A DNA stretch of 64,000 nt from Octopus vulgaris (taxonomy: Eukaryota), in assembly GCA_951406725.2 (NCBI GenBank), contig OX597832.1, positions 31,310,001 through 31,374,000 on the forward strand. Reading direction: 5' to 3'. Positions 1 through 14,601 of this stretch are shown here, piece by piece (position 1 is the stretch's first letter; every line of letters begins with the position of its first letter). A program made the position numbers and the translations under genes. The notes under the pieces were generated by a model, which was not told the origin of the DNA, did no database searches, and saw only the letters and a list, made by a program, of their open reading frames with translations.

Positions 1-490
1 AGGGCTTTCTCACTCAGGGGACAAGTGGTTTGTCTCTGTTTTCCTACTTACTAGGGCTTTGGTCTTTGCTAACACTGAAGGCCCTTTAATTCCAGACCTT
101 GCTTCTAGAAACAAAGTCATCAGCTTAGAGGAACTGCTGTTATGGCCTGGAGGACCAGAGTAAACAAAAAGGAGCTGAGAATTGATCCTTGGTGAAATAC
201 GTGCACACAAAATTCCTTGCTATACTCGTTGCCAACTTACACTTCGCTGACCACATCCCTGTACATGGCTTGCACAACTCTCACCAACTACTCGTTTATC
301 CCCAGCTCACGCATAGCCCACCAGATAAGGGAATAGGGGACCCTGTCAAAAGCCAAATACAGAGGTATTTGGGGATAAATACTTCTGCAGTTGCAGAACC
401 TGGAAGATAGCATCAGTAGTACTTCTTTCTGGCACAAAACCTCATCGAAGCCAACCCGCTTCCTAATTAATTAATTGAGTTACGACCATT
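1..490 (-). mobile_element. Degenerate RTE-clade LINE reverse-transcriptase fragment
   Basis: Minus-strand translation across frameshifts gives GFVPERSTTDAIF...AFDRVPYSLIWWAMRELGINE*LVRVVQAMYRD...VGNEYSKEF...HQGSILSSFLF...ADD, the canonical non-LTR RT motif order, with stops and deletions. Confidence 0.85.
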
Positions 491-2754
491 TCTGTAATTT
501 CCATCACCTGGCCAAGCAATCGGATATCGCCATAATTGGGTATGGATCTTGTGGACAACCCGCAAGTCTACAGATGACCAGGCCAGATATTTTAAGTGGC
601 CCAGTGTTGTTTCCTGATGAACCCCCTCCCCTCTTGGAGGCATTTTCCTGTCATCATATCTTTAGTTACCTTTTGATCTGCAGCACTCATTAAGTTGTAT
701 TTTATGTATATGCCTAGCTCCTGCTCCCCCTCAAATGCTTCAGTTGGGATGCCCCTAAAATCTGACTAAAGGATCCTTAAACTTAAAAAACCCTTTTCCA
801 GACAGGTCTGTTTCTTGGAACTTTTCTAGCCTGGAGTTGCTAATCATTAATCTATGCTGAGGGCTACATTCTTCAGTAGGGAAGATCTTTGCATTTATAT
901 GCAATCATGCATCTTACTTTCTGATGAGAATGTAGTTGACCGTGCGAGTGTGGCCACCACACACACACACACACATTTGGGTGTGTTTACATCTGGCAAA
1001 TCAATCGAAAGTTAATGGAAGACATAATACAACATCACAGCTGCATACAATTCTAATTCTTAAATTTTATTTTGAAGAGAAAACATGCAAGTCTGGTGGC
1101 TTCAGTGACCAAAGAGTTGTTGCTATATTGAGGTGCAAGGTTTCTATTTGAAATATAAGCAGTGGGAAATATAGCAGGGAGGGATGAGGGATAACCCATC
1201 AATATTGCAAGCCACAAGTGGCAACATCATCTCTACCCTAAAGATAATAAAAAAAAACCTTGCGGGTCCTGTGCCTTCTTTCCAAGATATCTAAAATAAG
1301 GTCCCTTTAACTGAGAAATATAAGAATGTCAGAAAGGGCATCATCCGGCCATTAACCTAACAAATAGCATCACAAAAGGGATGAAAAATGAAACAAATAT
1401 GTCCACTTTCCCACGCTGCAAGGGGGCAGACCAAACACTGTACATCCTGTAGCCAAACCCAACTCATTCCCCCCTATTTTATAAAAAAAAAACACCAACA
1501 CCCCAATAGCTGGACATCTTGCTGCATCAGATTGTAAACAAATACAATCATAAAGAGAGTGGTACTTTCTTTACGCAGTGAGTAAATGAGCCCAAGACAA
1601 CGAGAAGATCCAAACAGTCAAACACATGAACATATGAAAGGGCTTTAAACAGTTTTTGCCTATTAATACCACACACAAAAAATCAGGCAGCATCAGGTGA
1701 TAGCAATTTGCATGCTGAGGGAATAAATCTGAAACCATGTGATTGGTCAAGGGAAGTCCTGGACCACATGGCTATGGCTCTTCCCCACACATTAATGCTG
1801 GTACAAAAAAAAAAGACACCCTTCTATATAAATATATATATATATAAAAAATTCTGCCAACATCTTAGATAACAATCAAAGTTATACATGTGACTGCAAA
1901 CTAATCTTTAATTTACATCGATGAGATGGAACTATGGATTTCTGTTTATTACAAACCTCCTGTAACACTATCTGGGTTACCTTAGAAAACAATATAGTAA
2001 GGAACATAAAAAACCTGAACCTCCCTCCTCTTCCTATCCACTATATATGCCTAATGTTTTACTGATATTAAAAAGATGTCAATATTACAAGCCATTCGTC
2101 TGCAATATCCTGTTGCTGTATCCACACTGAACAGACCAACCACTGGACCCCTCGATTTCTATTTTACTCCACCACACTCCCACAGCCATTCAATGTACAT
2201 AAATTTTCAAGTCTATGGACCCTAGTTGAGAATCACTGATTGGATTTGTGCAACCCTTCGGTGGTTCTCACCAGACAAAGTTTTTCCAAAACACCTCGTA
2301 TATATGCACATCTAACGAAAGTCAATGAAGATTCCTTCACAAGGGCACTCAAATCATATCAGTGTCATTTTCCTGCAACTTCTGCTCAGGCAAATACGAC
2401 AGTGTTGGTCAATAAAGGTTATTTTATGGGGAAATTTAAGCAGTAGTCCAAGGAACTCATCTCAAAAGATGTTAACAAATAAGAAACTTTAAATGGAAGA
2501 GGTTTCCTGTTTGTTAATATCTTTTAAATAACTGCTTCTAGAACAAAGGAACCAGTATATCTAGATTCAAGATGACAACCACAACATCATCTATCCCTTC
2601 TGATACAAAACCCACGTGAAACCAATCAGTCCTGGATCCAGTAAGCAAACTTCCAGCTTTGAAAGAAATCAAATAAAAAACAAAAAACGTTCCATCAATA
2701 TTCCATGCTAATGTGTGCTAAATGATATGTAAAAAGCCATTCAAATGTGACAGA

Positions 2755-2995
2755 TGCCAGCACCACCTGACTGGCTCCTGTGCTGGTGGCACATAAAAAG
2801 CACCATTCGAGTGTAGTTGATGCCAGTGAGATGTAAAAAGCACCCACAACACTCTCGGAGTGGTGTTAGGAAAGGCATCCAGTAGTAGAAACTTTGCCAG
2901 ATCAGTTTGGATCCTGGTGCAGCCTCCTGGCTTGCCAGTTCTCAGTCAAACTCTCCAACCCATGCCAGCATGGAAAGCAGACGTTAAACAATGAG
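2755..2995 (+). mobile_element. Retroposon 3' end, family B (ends ...CCCATGCTAGCATGGAAAGCGGACGTTAAACGATGATG); SINE or RTE 3'UTR
   Basis: The same sequence recurs at about 7375-7555(-), 11340-11500(+), 26545-26800(-), 28058-28340(-), 29605-29790(-), 30762-30910(-), 34583-34680(+) and 54990-55135(-), usually with a (GAT)n tail. Confidence 0.8.
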
Positions 2996-4802
2996 ATTAA
3001 TTAAATTCTTGATTATCTCAAAGTTTTAACTGAAGCAAAGCCAGTGTATTTCAAGAGAAACAGGACCAAAAGCCCTTTTTCCACACAGACATGGACCGGT
3101 CTATCATACTTTTTGTTACTTTATACAGCTTAGCCCTTTAAGCATTCTAAATGGGCCAGATCCAGCCTCTCACCTCAACCCTACAATGTCATTCTATAGA
3201 AATCTCTTGATTGGTAATTGCATGATTAATTCAAAACAATACAACAAAGTAATCTAAATATGAATGGGCTGAATCTGAAAATTCCTCAAAAACCCATCAC
3301 CACCACCAAAACCAACCACAATGCTTTCACATAAATATTCAAAGTTAACACACACTCATTTAAAGACGCTTCTTGTCTTTAATCTGTTGTAGAACTGACA
3401 AAATTCAATCTAACATCATCACAAACATGTAATTAGGATATATATACAAAGAGGAGGGTTCATTGATAATGACTAGGGTGGTAAATGGAGTAATTACATG
3501 AAACGAAGCAGAATTAGGTCAAACGCAACAGAGGTCAACAAACTATGCTAAGTCAATAAATAAACACCCACTGGACTGAGGTCTAAGCATTACTCACTAT
3601 GGAACATTTTTATCTTTTTTTTTCTCCTTCAAGAGCCTAAGTCTTGTCACCATAACTTGATTCAAGGTTTCAATTTTAGAATTACGTGACTGGAAACAGA
3701 GGGGGTGAATGAATGAGAAACCCACTTCCATTTGCACAGAAAAAGATTTAAATATCTAAACCAGTGACTAACTTCCTCGATTCATGACCCATTAAATAAG
3801 GCACTGTGTTATGGCCCACACCATTTATTTTAAATGTTTCCACATAGATGTAGAGTTATGTTTGTCTAGCGAAACCTAATTTGGACAGGTCTAGGCATGA
3901 ATGTGTGGAGAAGCTGCTGGTTTCTCAACTACATGGTCTCTGGTTCAGTCCCACTGAGTGGAACTTTGGCCTAGTGTTTTCTGCCATAGTCCTTGACTGA
4001 ACACAACCCTGGGTGCATTTGGTAGATGGAAATTTGAAGAAGCCTATCGAATATGTGTTGCGTGCCTGTTTGTGTCTCCTTACCATAACACAGAATGGTT
4101 GTTGTAAAGGAGAATCACTGTCATACAAGCAGTGTTGTTTTTTTATCTTCTGCAAAAACAATGCCCAACCAGGTGGGAATACTACATTACTAAGAGACAT
4201 GCTTGGCAACATGAGGGCAGCCCTCCACTCCTGCCCCAATGGATTCCACCCGAGCATGGAACAGTAAACATTAAAACACACTTAGGCACCAATTTCTATT
4301 TATACAGCTCCACCTGTATGCATTGTGCCTGATCCGAAAAGAATACATATACACTGGTCAATGCATTAAAAACACTGAAATTTCATCAATATCCTGGCAT
4401 TTTCCAAGTTACCTAAAAAAGCCACAGCACACCCATGGAGCCCCTACATACCATAATGGTTAAAAAGGATTGCAAGCAGACAATTCCCTCCCCAAAGCAA
4501 CAACAAAATACTGATAGCTGCAAAAGACCATTTTAAAACAAAGCACTATCACCATGGAATCCGTCTCATGGATATATTAAACCTCATTTAGACCACCACT
4601 GCTGCCGTCAGCAGTTGAGGAGTGTGAAGAGTACAGTTTTATAACTTTTAGACAATATGTTGTTAGAAATATTGGATATCATCAAACTTTTCCATGATGT
4701 TGACAACCAATAACAGAGCGACAGCTGTCTTTACTGGAGCAGAAAAAACAAAAAAAGAAAAGAAAATCTAGCAAGTCATGGTTTATTCAATACCATGGCT
4801 AG

Positions 4803-4873
<71 letters not shown>

Positions 4874-5180
4874 GACACACAGCATGATTGGGCTTTGGTA
4901 GCTGTTACAACTGATAATTATGGAAATCCAGTGCCTGTAAGATGTGGTTAACAAATTGGTGTCCTATTATTTCTAAGCCAATTAAGAGCAGGGGTTAATC
5001 TAACGACCCTTAGAAAATATTTGCACAGATACTAATGAGAAAGTTAATGATGGTTAAATAAAATAAAGAATTAATTTATGGATAATCAAAAGATTTTTCA
5101 GATTAGCACAAAATGTCTGTGTTACGGAGGAAATAAATTGGTAACAGCAAGTTCTTCAGATTCTTAAGGAAGGACAATGT

Positions 5181-5402
5181 TTAACTCTTTAGCATTTAAA
5201 CTGGCCATACGAGGCCCAGATATTCCACCTGGTTTATGTTCAAAGCAGTCGGGTCAATCCTCTCACACCTACCCTACAATGTCATTCTAAAAACAACCTC
5301 ATCAAAATCCTCGAAGCTAAGAGATAATGCAGGATTAATAGAAAGCAATGTGAATAAAGAAGTGTTACATTTGACTGAATCATCTGAATGGTAAACGGTT
5401 AA
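5181..5402. mobile_element. piggyBac-type MITE
   Basis: TTAA at both ends with degenerate TIRs CTCTTTAGCATT / AATGGTAAACGG. Related pieces lie at about 3131-3270, 10930-11120, 13060-13650 and 33885-34045. Confidence 0.7.
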
Positions 5403-5447
5403 GAATAAAGCTGACCCTGAAAACGAGCAAACAGCAACATGCTGCAG

Positions 5448-5770
5448 CCATGGCTGTGAGCTAACAAGTTGGCTTCCAAACCACATGGTTTTTGGTTCAG
5501 TCCCACCATGTGGCACTCTCCCACAAGTGCTTACAATAAACCCTGGATTGAGTGAATTTGGTAGATAGAAACTGAAAGTGCTGTGTGCATGTGCTTGATG
5601 CCTTCCACTCACACCATCACAACTGGTGTTGCTTTGTTTATATCCTTGTAGCTTAATTTGGTAAAAGAGAGAAGTATTAAAGTTTATAAGTAAGTACTGT
5701 GGTCGATTTGTTTGACCATTTGACCAAAGTCCATCAGGGCAGCGTCCCAGCACAGCCACAGACCAATGAA
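5448..5770 (+). mobile_element. tRNA-derived SINE family A, diverged copy
   Basis: A-box-like TGGCTGTGAG and B-box-like GGTTCAGTCCC; the body is homologous to the copy at 36544. Confidence 0.7.
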
Positions 5771-6429
5771 AAAAAAACAAAAAAACATTAGAAAATAAAA
5801 GCTGGTCACCAGAAATGGCAACTAACTCCTTACTACTTTACGGAGAGGAAGGACGCAACTGATTGGGACTAAACAGTAATAGTAAAAAAAAATCCACACA
5901 TCCATTATTCTTAACTTTTAGCAGTAGCAGCACTGGTGCTATATAAAAGATGGCTAACCATTCAAAGCTGAATTCTGTTAAATATCTGACAGACAATTAA
6001 TTGCTGTTTAATGTTTCCAATAAGATTGGTCTGCAGTCTTTGACTGGCATTAAATTCCAAGCTATGTTAAGACAGCTCCATCTGGCAACAACTCAACACC
6101 ACCACCACCACCACCAAATAATATATCAAACTATCTGAACGATAAACAAAACTAATTTGACCCAATTCTTGCTTTTATTTCAAAATAAATCCTTGGCATT
6201 AGAGAAACACTAAAAATATATGCAAAAGCCGGAGAACTATAATGGTTTCTAATTTAGGCTTGAGGCCAGCAAAACTGACAGGAGGGATATCAGTCAAACC
6301 CTAGTAATATGACTGGTATTTGCAGAAAGATGGAAAGCAAATTCATCTCAAATCTGGGAAAAGCCTGAATAAATATTGCAAAGCTGTTTGCCCGATGCTC
6401 CACTGATTCTGATAACTTGCTATTCCAAT

Positions 6430-6635
6430 TATTTCTAACCTAGGCACAAAGCCAGCAGTTTTGGGGAGGGGGTCAATTATATCGACTCCCCAGTATTCAA
6501 CTGGTACTTATTTTATCGACTCTGGAAAGATGAAAGGCAAAACTGGTGGAATGTGGACTCAGAAATGCAAAGACGGATGAAATGCTGCCAAGCATTCTTC
6601 ACAGGTGAACCATTTGGCTAGCTTGCCACCTTTAT
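6430..6635 (-). mobile_element. SINE family C (core GTCGACTTTGCCTTTCATCCTTTCGGGGTCGATAAA..AGTACCAG)
   Basis: Homologous to 13650-13830(+), 25226-25350(+), 25710-25800(-), 49690-49910(-) and 63910-64000(+). Confidence 0.75.
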
Positions 6636-7945
6636 CAACACCAGTAGCTGACCAGTATCTTTTATCCAATTAAGTGAACCACAACAGGATTTGAAACCAA
6701 GAATGCAGCAGACATTTTGTTTAATGCTCAACCGATTTTGCAACCAAAGTTAGTTGAAGGAAAAAAAACCCCAAAAAAAACTGAAAGAGAAACTGGCAGA
6801 GATTTGACATGGATTTAAGAATTGAAATGTGTATTGGTTTTGAAAATAGTCAAGATGGACAAGGAAGTCAACAGGTTGGTTTCAAACGGGGCCCAGGTAA
6901 GATTTAGGTGCAATAATTTGCTTTTACTTCTAGAATTCCTAATAATAATATTTAGGTGGTGGAGTGGAGGAGCAAAAAAGACCGTTCCCAGACAAGCATG
7001 CACGCTAATTGCTTCATTCAACTAAATTAAGGTTTTCAACACAATTACCAAATACCACTGGAAAAAAAAAAAAATCAATTAGATATGCAAAATCTGTCTC
7101 ATCAATACAAAAAGGGGTTGGGGGTTATATTTTAATGCAAGCAGCAGTCTGTGAACCATTGAGCTAATTAATGGACCTTAGCCACAGACTGACTGCACCC
7201 TGGCAATGGCTCAACACATCTAACATGTTAAAAAAGTTATTAGCACTATCACGTCTGAGAGGTGCGAGTGTTTAGATTTGTCACACACACACACATAGAC
7301 ATTCCTTTCTCCAAAGAAGCTCTTAGGTTCATGCCAGGATATGAAAACACTGCAAAAGAGGTGTCAACCAGCAATCATCATCATCGTTTAACGTCCGTTT
7401 TCCGTGCTAGCACGGGTTGGATGGTTCACCCGGGGTCTGGGAAGGCAGGAGGCTGCACCAGGCTCCAGTCTGATCTGTCAGTGTTTCTACAGCTGGATGC
7501 CCTTCCTAATGCCAACCACTCCATGAGTGTAGTGGGTGCTTTTTATGTGCCACCGACCATGATCGATTGGTAAAAACAAAACCGAGCAGTTAGATCAATG
7601 CTCTGTTATGGTATAACGGAAACTGCCTTGTCAATCATACCAGTTCTGACTATCAAGGATTTTATTCCAACACCCAAACCCAGTGTCAGTAGCTTTTCCA
7701 TTCACATATCAGCAGGAAACTATAACAATGCTTTTCAAACATTAAAAATCTTTCTCAATGTACTGAAGAACACCTTTCCAGAAAGTGTCTACTAATACGC
7801 GAATCATCTTGGTAACTGATATTCTCCCCATTAACTATTTAACTGAAAAAATGCGCAATGTGCTATAAAGACCTAAGTATCGAGAACCACAGATCATAGA
7901 GCAACCCCTCTAACAGCTCTTGTTTTTAGTACCAGGACACACAAC

Positions 7946-8340
7946 TATCATCATTGTTTGACCATGGTTGAGACAATGGAATGTACTATGTTACGCCAGA
8001 CTTCATGGTCCATCATAGCATTACAGAGGTCCTGTTGCTGGATACCTGTATCCCTGGAGATTACATCAGGGTAGGCAAGTGTGCGCCCTCTGGTATCGCG
8101 AGCAGATGGCTTCCAGAGGAGAAGAGTAGAAATTACCTCGTTTTCAGCTCTACAACAATGTCCAGCAAACTGGACTCTCCTACCTTTCACAAGAGATGAT
8201 ACAGGTGGTAATTTCCCATATATTTGTACTTTGGTTGAATGACGCTTCCACGAGAGATTTTGAGCTCTCATAAGGAGGCGAGTGTAAGTTCCATCCAACC
8301 GCCTCTCAAGCTTCTTTGATAACGTCCAGGTTTCTGAGCC
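7946..8340 (-). mobile_element. 5'-truncated RTE-clade LINE, ORF C-terminus
   Basis: Open frame GSETWTLSKKLERRLDGTYTRLLMRAQNLSW...RRVQFAGHCCR...LLLWKP...RGR...AMMDHEVWR*, followed by a short TGA-repeat tail. This is the typical RTE C-terminal pattern. Confidence 0.9.
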
Positions 8341-11300
8341 ACAACAATAAGAGACATGGGAGACACAGCAAAAGCACTTGGTTGCCAGTCTGAAGATACT
8401 GCCATTCTTGTATTTTGTGCAAAACCCAGGCTAGTCCGCTGATTGACAGACGTGTAGACTGAGGCAGAGTAAAGAATATGGAACAAAATGGAAACGTAGT
8501 CAAATACATAGAACAGAGAGTTGGAAGGATTCCAATACTACTTTATGCACCTAACCATTTTGACAGAAGACAGGAAACATACACACACACATCAAGACTA
8601 CTAGAATGAAATGATTCATGGAAGAAGTTTCTAGCCAAACAACAGGGATTAAGTGTCTGTGCTAGCAAATAGCGACTGTTTAAACACACAGAGAAATGTG
8701 CACGGTGGAGGGAGAGAGACAACACCTACGTTTCCTTAATGCAGATTAATTAAAAAGTAGCACGTACAGAGACAAAATGTTTTAAAGAAAATATATTGCA
8801 GTCAACTAGTTTAGGGTCAATACAACACAGCCAGTGGTGGCCGAAACACACACACACACACGAGTGACATATTGTGAGGAAAAACAATACATGGCAACGC
8901 CTAGCAACAACACCAGCAACCCTTCCCCCACACTACTTTGTCCTCGTGTCTATACACACAATAATGCATGAGTGGAAAAACTACTTGATGCAATCTACCT
9001 ACCTGGGTTGAGAATAATGAATATTGTGTGTGCGTGTATACATGCACACCCACACCCCCCACAATTATATAATCTTAAGTGTAACACACCTATGTTAGTT
9101 AATGTAAGATAATTGTTCAACCACCACCGCAGGTTGTTTGTGTAGGTGTGAGTGTGTATGATTGACTAAACTTGACTTAGTTTATAAATTGTTATCTGGC
9201 TGCATGTACAAGTGCGGACATGAACTGATAGCAGTTCAGCTCCTGTTTATAATGGAACGAAGAGCAACAGACGAAACTCAAAAAACACAAAACCTGGAAA
9301 CTTTTGGTTGACAAGACCACACTGCTAACCCTTTCTTTCACTACAAGCCTCGATACAACCCTCAATTCCCTATCTCTTTATTACTTCTTCAAACTTCCTC
9401 CAAATGTGACTCGTCCTGTTGAACTGTCCACCTTATAACAATATAAGATGGATATTAAATGATAAACAAAAACATAGTCCATCTATAAACCAGTCAAAAC
9501 AAAAACAATTGCCATTATACACACACACACGCATGTACATAAACATCTCTTGCTGGTTTGTTACTGCAGGCAATAGCAAAGAAATGATACACACATACAC
9601 ACACACACTTGTTTCAGTCACTGGACTGTAGCCACGCTGGCACGTTGCCCTGAAGGATCTTAGCTGACCCAATCAACCCCAGAACTTAAGTTTGGTACTA
9701 ATTCTTATTGATTTCTTTTTTTTGCCAAACCAAAGTCATAGTGATGTAACCAAACCAACAAAGAAATGCAAGCACACGTGTGTGTGTGTGTGTATGTATG
9801 TATACATATATACAAATTACATGCTTGTGCAGTTTCCAACCATTAATTTCCCCCACAAGCTTTAGCTAAATGGGAGAGGGGAGGGGGAACTTGCCCATGG
9901 CGCTGTGCAGTGTGATTGAACCCAGAACCACTTGGTCATGCCTACAGATGTTTAGAGAAAGAACTTAAACATACCTGCATTTTATTTTTTCTTGTTTCAC
10001 TCATTGGACTTCAGCCATGCTGGGGCATTGCCTTGAACTTTTTTAGTTGAATAACCCCCCCCCCCACACCAACTTCTTTAGAGACTGGTACTTAATCTAC
10101 CGGAACTCCTTTGTCAGTTGTCAAGCGATGGGGTGGGGTGTGTGAGGTGAAACACAAAGACACGGGCATGTGTCTGGTTCCACTCCGTCTCCACATTCCA
10201 AATCCACTCTAGGCCGAGGTGTCATGCAGTAGGATTGAACTTGGAACCATGTGGTTGGGAAGCAAGTGTCTTACCACACAGCCATGCCGGTGCCAGACCT
10301 TCTACAGCAGGATGCCTTTCTCCCCGACACCACACCACACCAGGGAAACAACAACAATTGTATGGCATGACAATCATTTACAATCAAAGTGCTTCTTTCA
10401 GTTTCCTTCTACCAAATCCACTCAATGCTTGGGTCGGCCGGCCTTGGGGCTGCACAGGCGGCAACAGCACGAAACCCAACATTTTCATGAAGCAAGTTCT
10501 TCAACCACACAACCACATCTGCTCCTACATGTGGTCGCAATGTGCTTTGCACTGTTTTAGCCTCTGAATGATGGCAGTCCATTTGATAGGCCAGCACCCC
10601 GCCCCATTAAAAAGCCAGTTTGCTGCACAGTTACCCACTTTCAGCTGAAGCACCACATGGTCTGGGAATTGAACCTACAACAATTTAGGGATCTCGAGTG
10701 CAACAACCTAACCATTAGGTCATGTGTCTCCATGCACCTACATGTATCCTCAGATAATTCAATATTAAAACATTTAGCTGCATTCTAAGAGAAACACTGT
10801 TCACTGACTGGGATGTCTAGTGCAGTGGTAGTTCAAGTATGATAGGATTGATAAGAAAAAAAAAAAAAAGAGGAGAGAGAGAGAAAAGCAAACACCAGTT
10901 TAATCCCAGGTCAGACCTGACCAAGGAATGGTTTTAAAACTTTAGTACTCAGATTACTCTGCCAAATGTAATGTTTATTGATTCACATTGTTTTAAAATA
11001 ATCACACATTGTTTCGTCATTGCAAGCAGGGTAGGTGGGAGAGGCCAAACCTGGCTTCTTTGGAAATAAAACAAAATGTTTGGGTTGGATATGACCAGCT
11101 TAAATGCTAAAGGGTTGAACAAGTTTCACAAAGCCACTTGGTCAACAGACATATCAAAATAATAGGGCAACACAAAAACACATAGCAGGCTTCCTATAGT
11201 TTCCTCTTAAACATTCTATCCAAAAGGCATTGGTCAGCCTAAGACAATAAGATACCTGCCCAGTGTTGCACAACGGCTATGAACACAAAACTACAGGGTG

Positions 11301-14300
11301 TTAAAGCACGTGTTTTACTGTAGCCATTCCAACACAAAGTACCCAGCCGACTGTAAAGTGGTTGGCTTTAGGAAGGACATCCAGCCACAGAAATGGGGCC
11401 AAAGCAGATAAGAGCTTGGTGCAGTGCCCTGGCTTTTGAGCTCCTGTCCAACTCATGCCAGCATGGAAGATGGATGTTAAATGACAACGATGATGGAGAC
11501 GATGCAAAGGTTTAGACAAACAGTTGAACAAACTGAAAGTGAAAGCTTCTGTCAATACAACGCCATAATCTTTGGCTGTGAAGGAACGGAACTACTTCCT
11601 TGTATTGTCTGCTTTCCCCATGACGGCAGGGGTTAGACATTATCAAGGGATTATTGTATACCCTTCTTGTTGCTAACCCATACTTGTTTTGTGAAAAAGG
11701 GAGCTCTTATCTCTCACAACTTCAAAAGGTGCAAAGTGAGCAGACGGCTTAACGAGATGAGTATTAACGACACAGTTTGCAGTGAGAGAGGGGGCCTTTG
11801 CAGAGCACAAAAGTAAACAGACACACATTTGTATACTGGATCTCCTTCAGATTCTAACCACAAAATCTACTCACACGGATTTGGACAGACTGGAGCCACA
11901 GCAAGTGACACCTGCCCAGAGTGACAGGCAACAAAGCCATATCAATGTGTGTGTGTGTATCTACACACAGCCGAAGCAGTCTTAACTTTCAAGAGCTTGA
12001 TGCACGATTCAAATTTAGGACCGAGTAGCAGAATCCACTGGGCCATACAAACTGAAGCAAACATGGACCTGTCTAGCCTAGCAGTCCACAACAGAAATGA
12101 CAAAACAAAACGGTTGCTAATATTCTTTATGGAATCTCTACCTTTCGTTAGGCACAAATACGGAGGTCGTTTCGGAATTAAATGAAATACCCAAATGATG
12201 GCAGTTTGATCTCATGGCCCTGTTTATAGTCCAAAATGACACAAAAGCCAGGTCAACCGTCATTGTAAGAAACAACAAAAATTAGAGGTAAACCAAGTGG
12301 TCAGAGGAATGGACAAAGTGAGAGGCTTAATACTTCTGGTGAGAGGTCTATTACTGCTACTACGAACAACACCTGTGGCTGTGCTGTTCAGAAGTTCGCT
12401 TCCTAACCACACGGTTCTGGATTCAGTCCCAACGCACGGTGCCTACTATTAATCCGAAGCTTATTGAACCCTGCCAGTGAACTTGGTTGACGGAACCTGA
12501 AAGTGTGTTGTATATGTAAGACCCTTTCAGCTGCTTTAGCAAAAGTGCAACCAGTTTTTCTGCAGCCTGTCAGTGTAGTGTTTTGTGCTTCCATACCGGA
12601 CAGGCTGTTTAGTAATAACTAATTAAGCAGCTTGAAGAAGACACAACACTCTGTCCTCCACTGATCTTTCCAAGGCAGGAAGCAGGTTCTGAGCCAGAAC
12701 AATTGATCAGCTCTCACCACCAACCACAACACACAATCAATCAGCCCATTTGTTTCAACATGACAATTACAGGTCTTTTGTTGGCAACAGCCACCACCAC
12801 CACCGGGAAGCTACTACATGCTGCTGTTGCTGCCTCCAACATGACATTATTGATCCAAAACATGAAAACAAAACCTACCACAAGCAGTGAGTCAGTGTGT
12901 CCTCATTCTATCAACCTGGGTGTGCTCCCGCCACAATGGTTCAATTATACTGCAGGCTCTCCATTTGCTGGATGGATTATATTTCAATCAACACTCACCA
13001 TTTCAATATCATCACCGTTGCTTTAATGCTTACTTTTTCACTTTTGCAGATGGGGACAGGGTTAGCATTTAAACCAGTCATATCAGGTCAAAATATTCTA
13101 CTCATTGGAAGTTCAAGCTGGTCAGATCCAGCCTCATACACCTACCCTATTTCCCATGCTGTCATGGGTTGGACAAAGTTCTGTTGTGGTATATTTTCTA
13201 CAGCCAAATGTCTTTCCCACTGCAAACCCTATCCGGTTTCTAAGCAAGGCTGGGGTGCCGACTCAAAGTCAGACATGTTCTCGGAGAGTATTGGAAATGA
13301 ACGGCACTGCTTGTATGACAACAACTACACATGTCATAAAAACAAAAAGACACACAAACATACAAATCTATATACACACACGTGATGGGCTTCCTTCACT
13401 TTCCATCTCTGAAATCCACTCGAGATGCCACAGTGAGACCGAAGTGAAACTACTCACGTGGCCGTGGAAGCAAACCTCTCAGCAACACAATTACTATCAG
13501 AAACTCTTTCTTCGCATTCATATTTCTGTCCAATGCTTATTCACACTTTATATGTCATAGCCATGAGATTTCAATGATGTGATTGGTCATTTTTAGAATG
13601 ACATTGTAGGATATGTGTGAGTGGCCTGATATGGCCAGTTTAAATGCTAAAGGCTGGCAAACTTGTTAGCACACTGGTGAAAATACTTAGTGGCATTCTG
13701 AGTCCAAATTCCACCAAGATCAACTTTACCTTTCATCCTTTTGAGGGTTGATGAATTAAGTACCAGTTACGCACTGAGGTCCATGTAATCGACTCCCAAA
13801 ATTTCAGGCCTCATGCCTATAGAAGAGAATTTTTTCTTCATCAGTATCAAGACCCTCTTCAGCACAAGCAGCATCAATCCAAGTGTGTCACGTGTGCCAA
13901 ACTGACAACAGACTTGACTGTGCCACATGCTCAGCTTACCCTTGCAGCAATGACTGGCTCTCTGTGTGGGGTAAGGGTTTTAATCACTGGATTGCAGCCA
14001 AGTCGAGATGCTACCTTCCAAAGATTTTGAGCTCATTATGATTATTACGTTTGTGTCAGCAAACAAGGTCCCCTCCAGTCACATTACAAAACCAATACAT
14101 CACACTACAAGGAATTACCATTACAAAGAAGTCTAATAACATATGAAAGGGAATGGATCCCCATCGGTTTCCAAGATGACTATTCTAGTTGCTTGAAGCG
14201 GCTGAGAATTCCATAGACACTTGCAACCCTGAACCAGAAATTAGTGTGACAGTGGCAGTTTATTCAGACTTTCTAACCACATTCAGCTCCAAGACTTGGA

Positions 14301-14542
14301 TCACCCTGAAACTAGAGTAGGGATGGGGGGGGGGGAGAGCAAAAAGTGTCATGCACTGCAATCGAAACCGGAGACGCTACGATTGCAAAGCCACTTTTAA
14401 AAACCATTCAGTGAAGTGTAAACCGACACTACATCTAAGACACGCAATCCATTAACGAGTTCAAATAATGGTCATTACCACCACCCAAAACCATCATTTT
14501 CAAAGAATAATCAATACGTCCACAGTATTTTGTTTGAGGCGG

Positions 14543-14545
<3 letters not shown>

Positions 14546-14599
<54 letters not shown>
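14546..14599. repeat. (GA)n microsatellite
   Basis: Seen directly. Confidence 0.95.

Positions 14600-14601
<2 letters not shown>

Noticed and set aside
6809-7008. Plus-strand two-exon mini-ORF MDLRIEMC...VGFKRGP|GGGVGEQKRPFPDKHAR*
   Set aside because: It has a good GTAAGA donor but is antisense to the inferred host gene and has no promoter context or recognisable family; chance is likely.
9323-9333. CTAACCCT, resembling a telomerase template
   Set aside because: It is only an 8-mer with no supporting pseudoknot or H/ACA structure.
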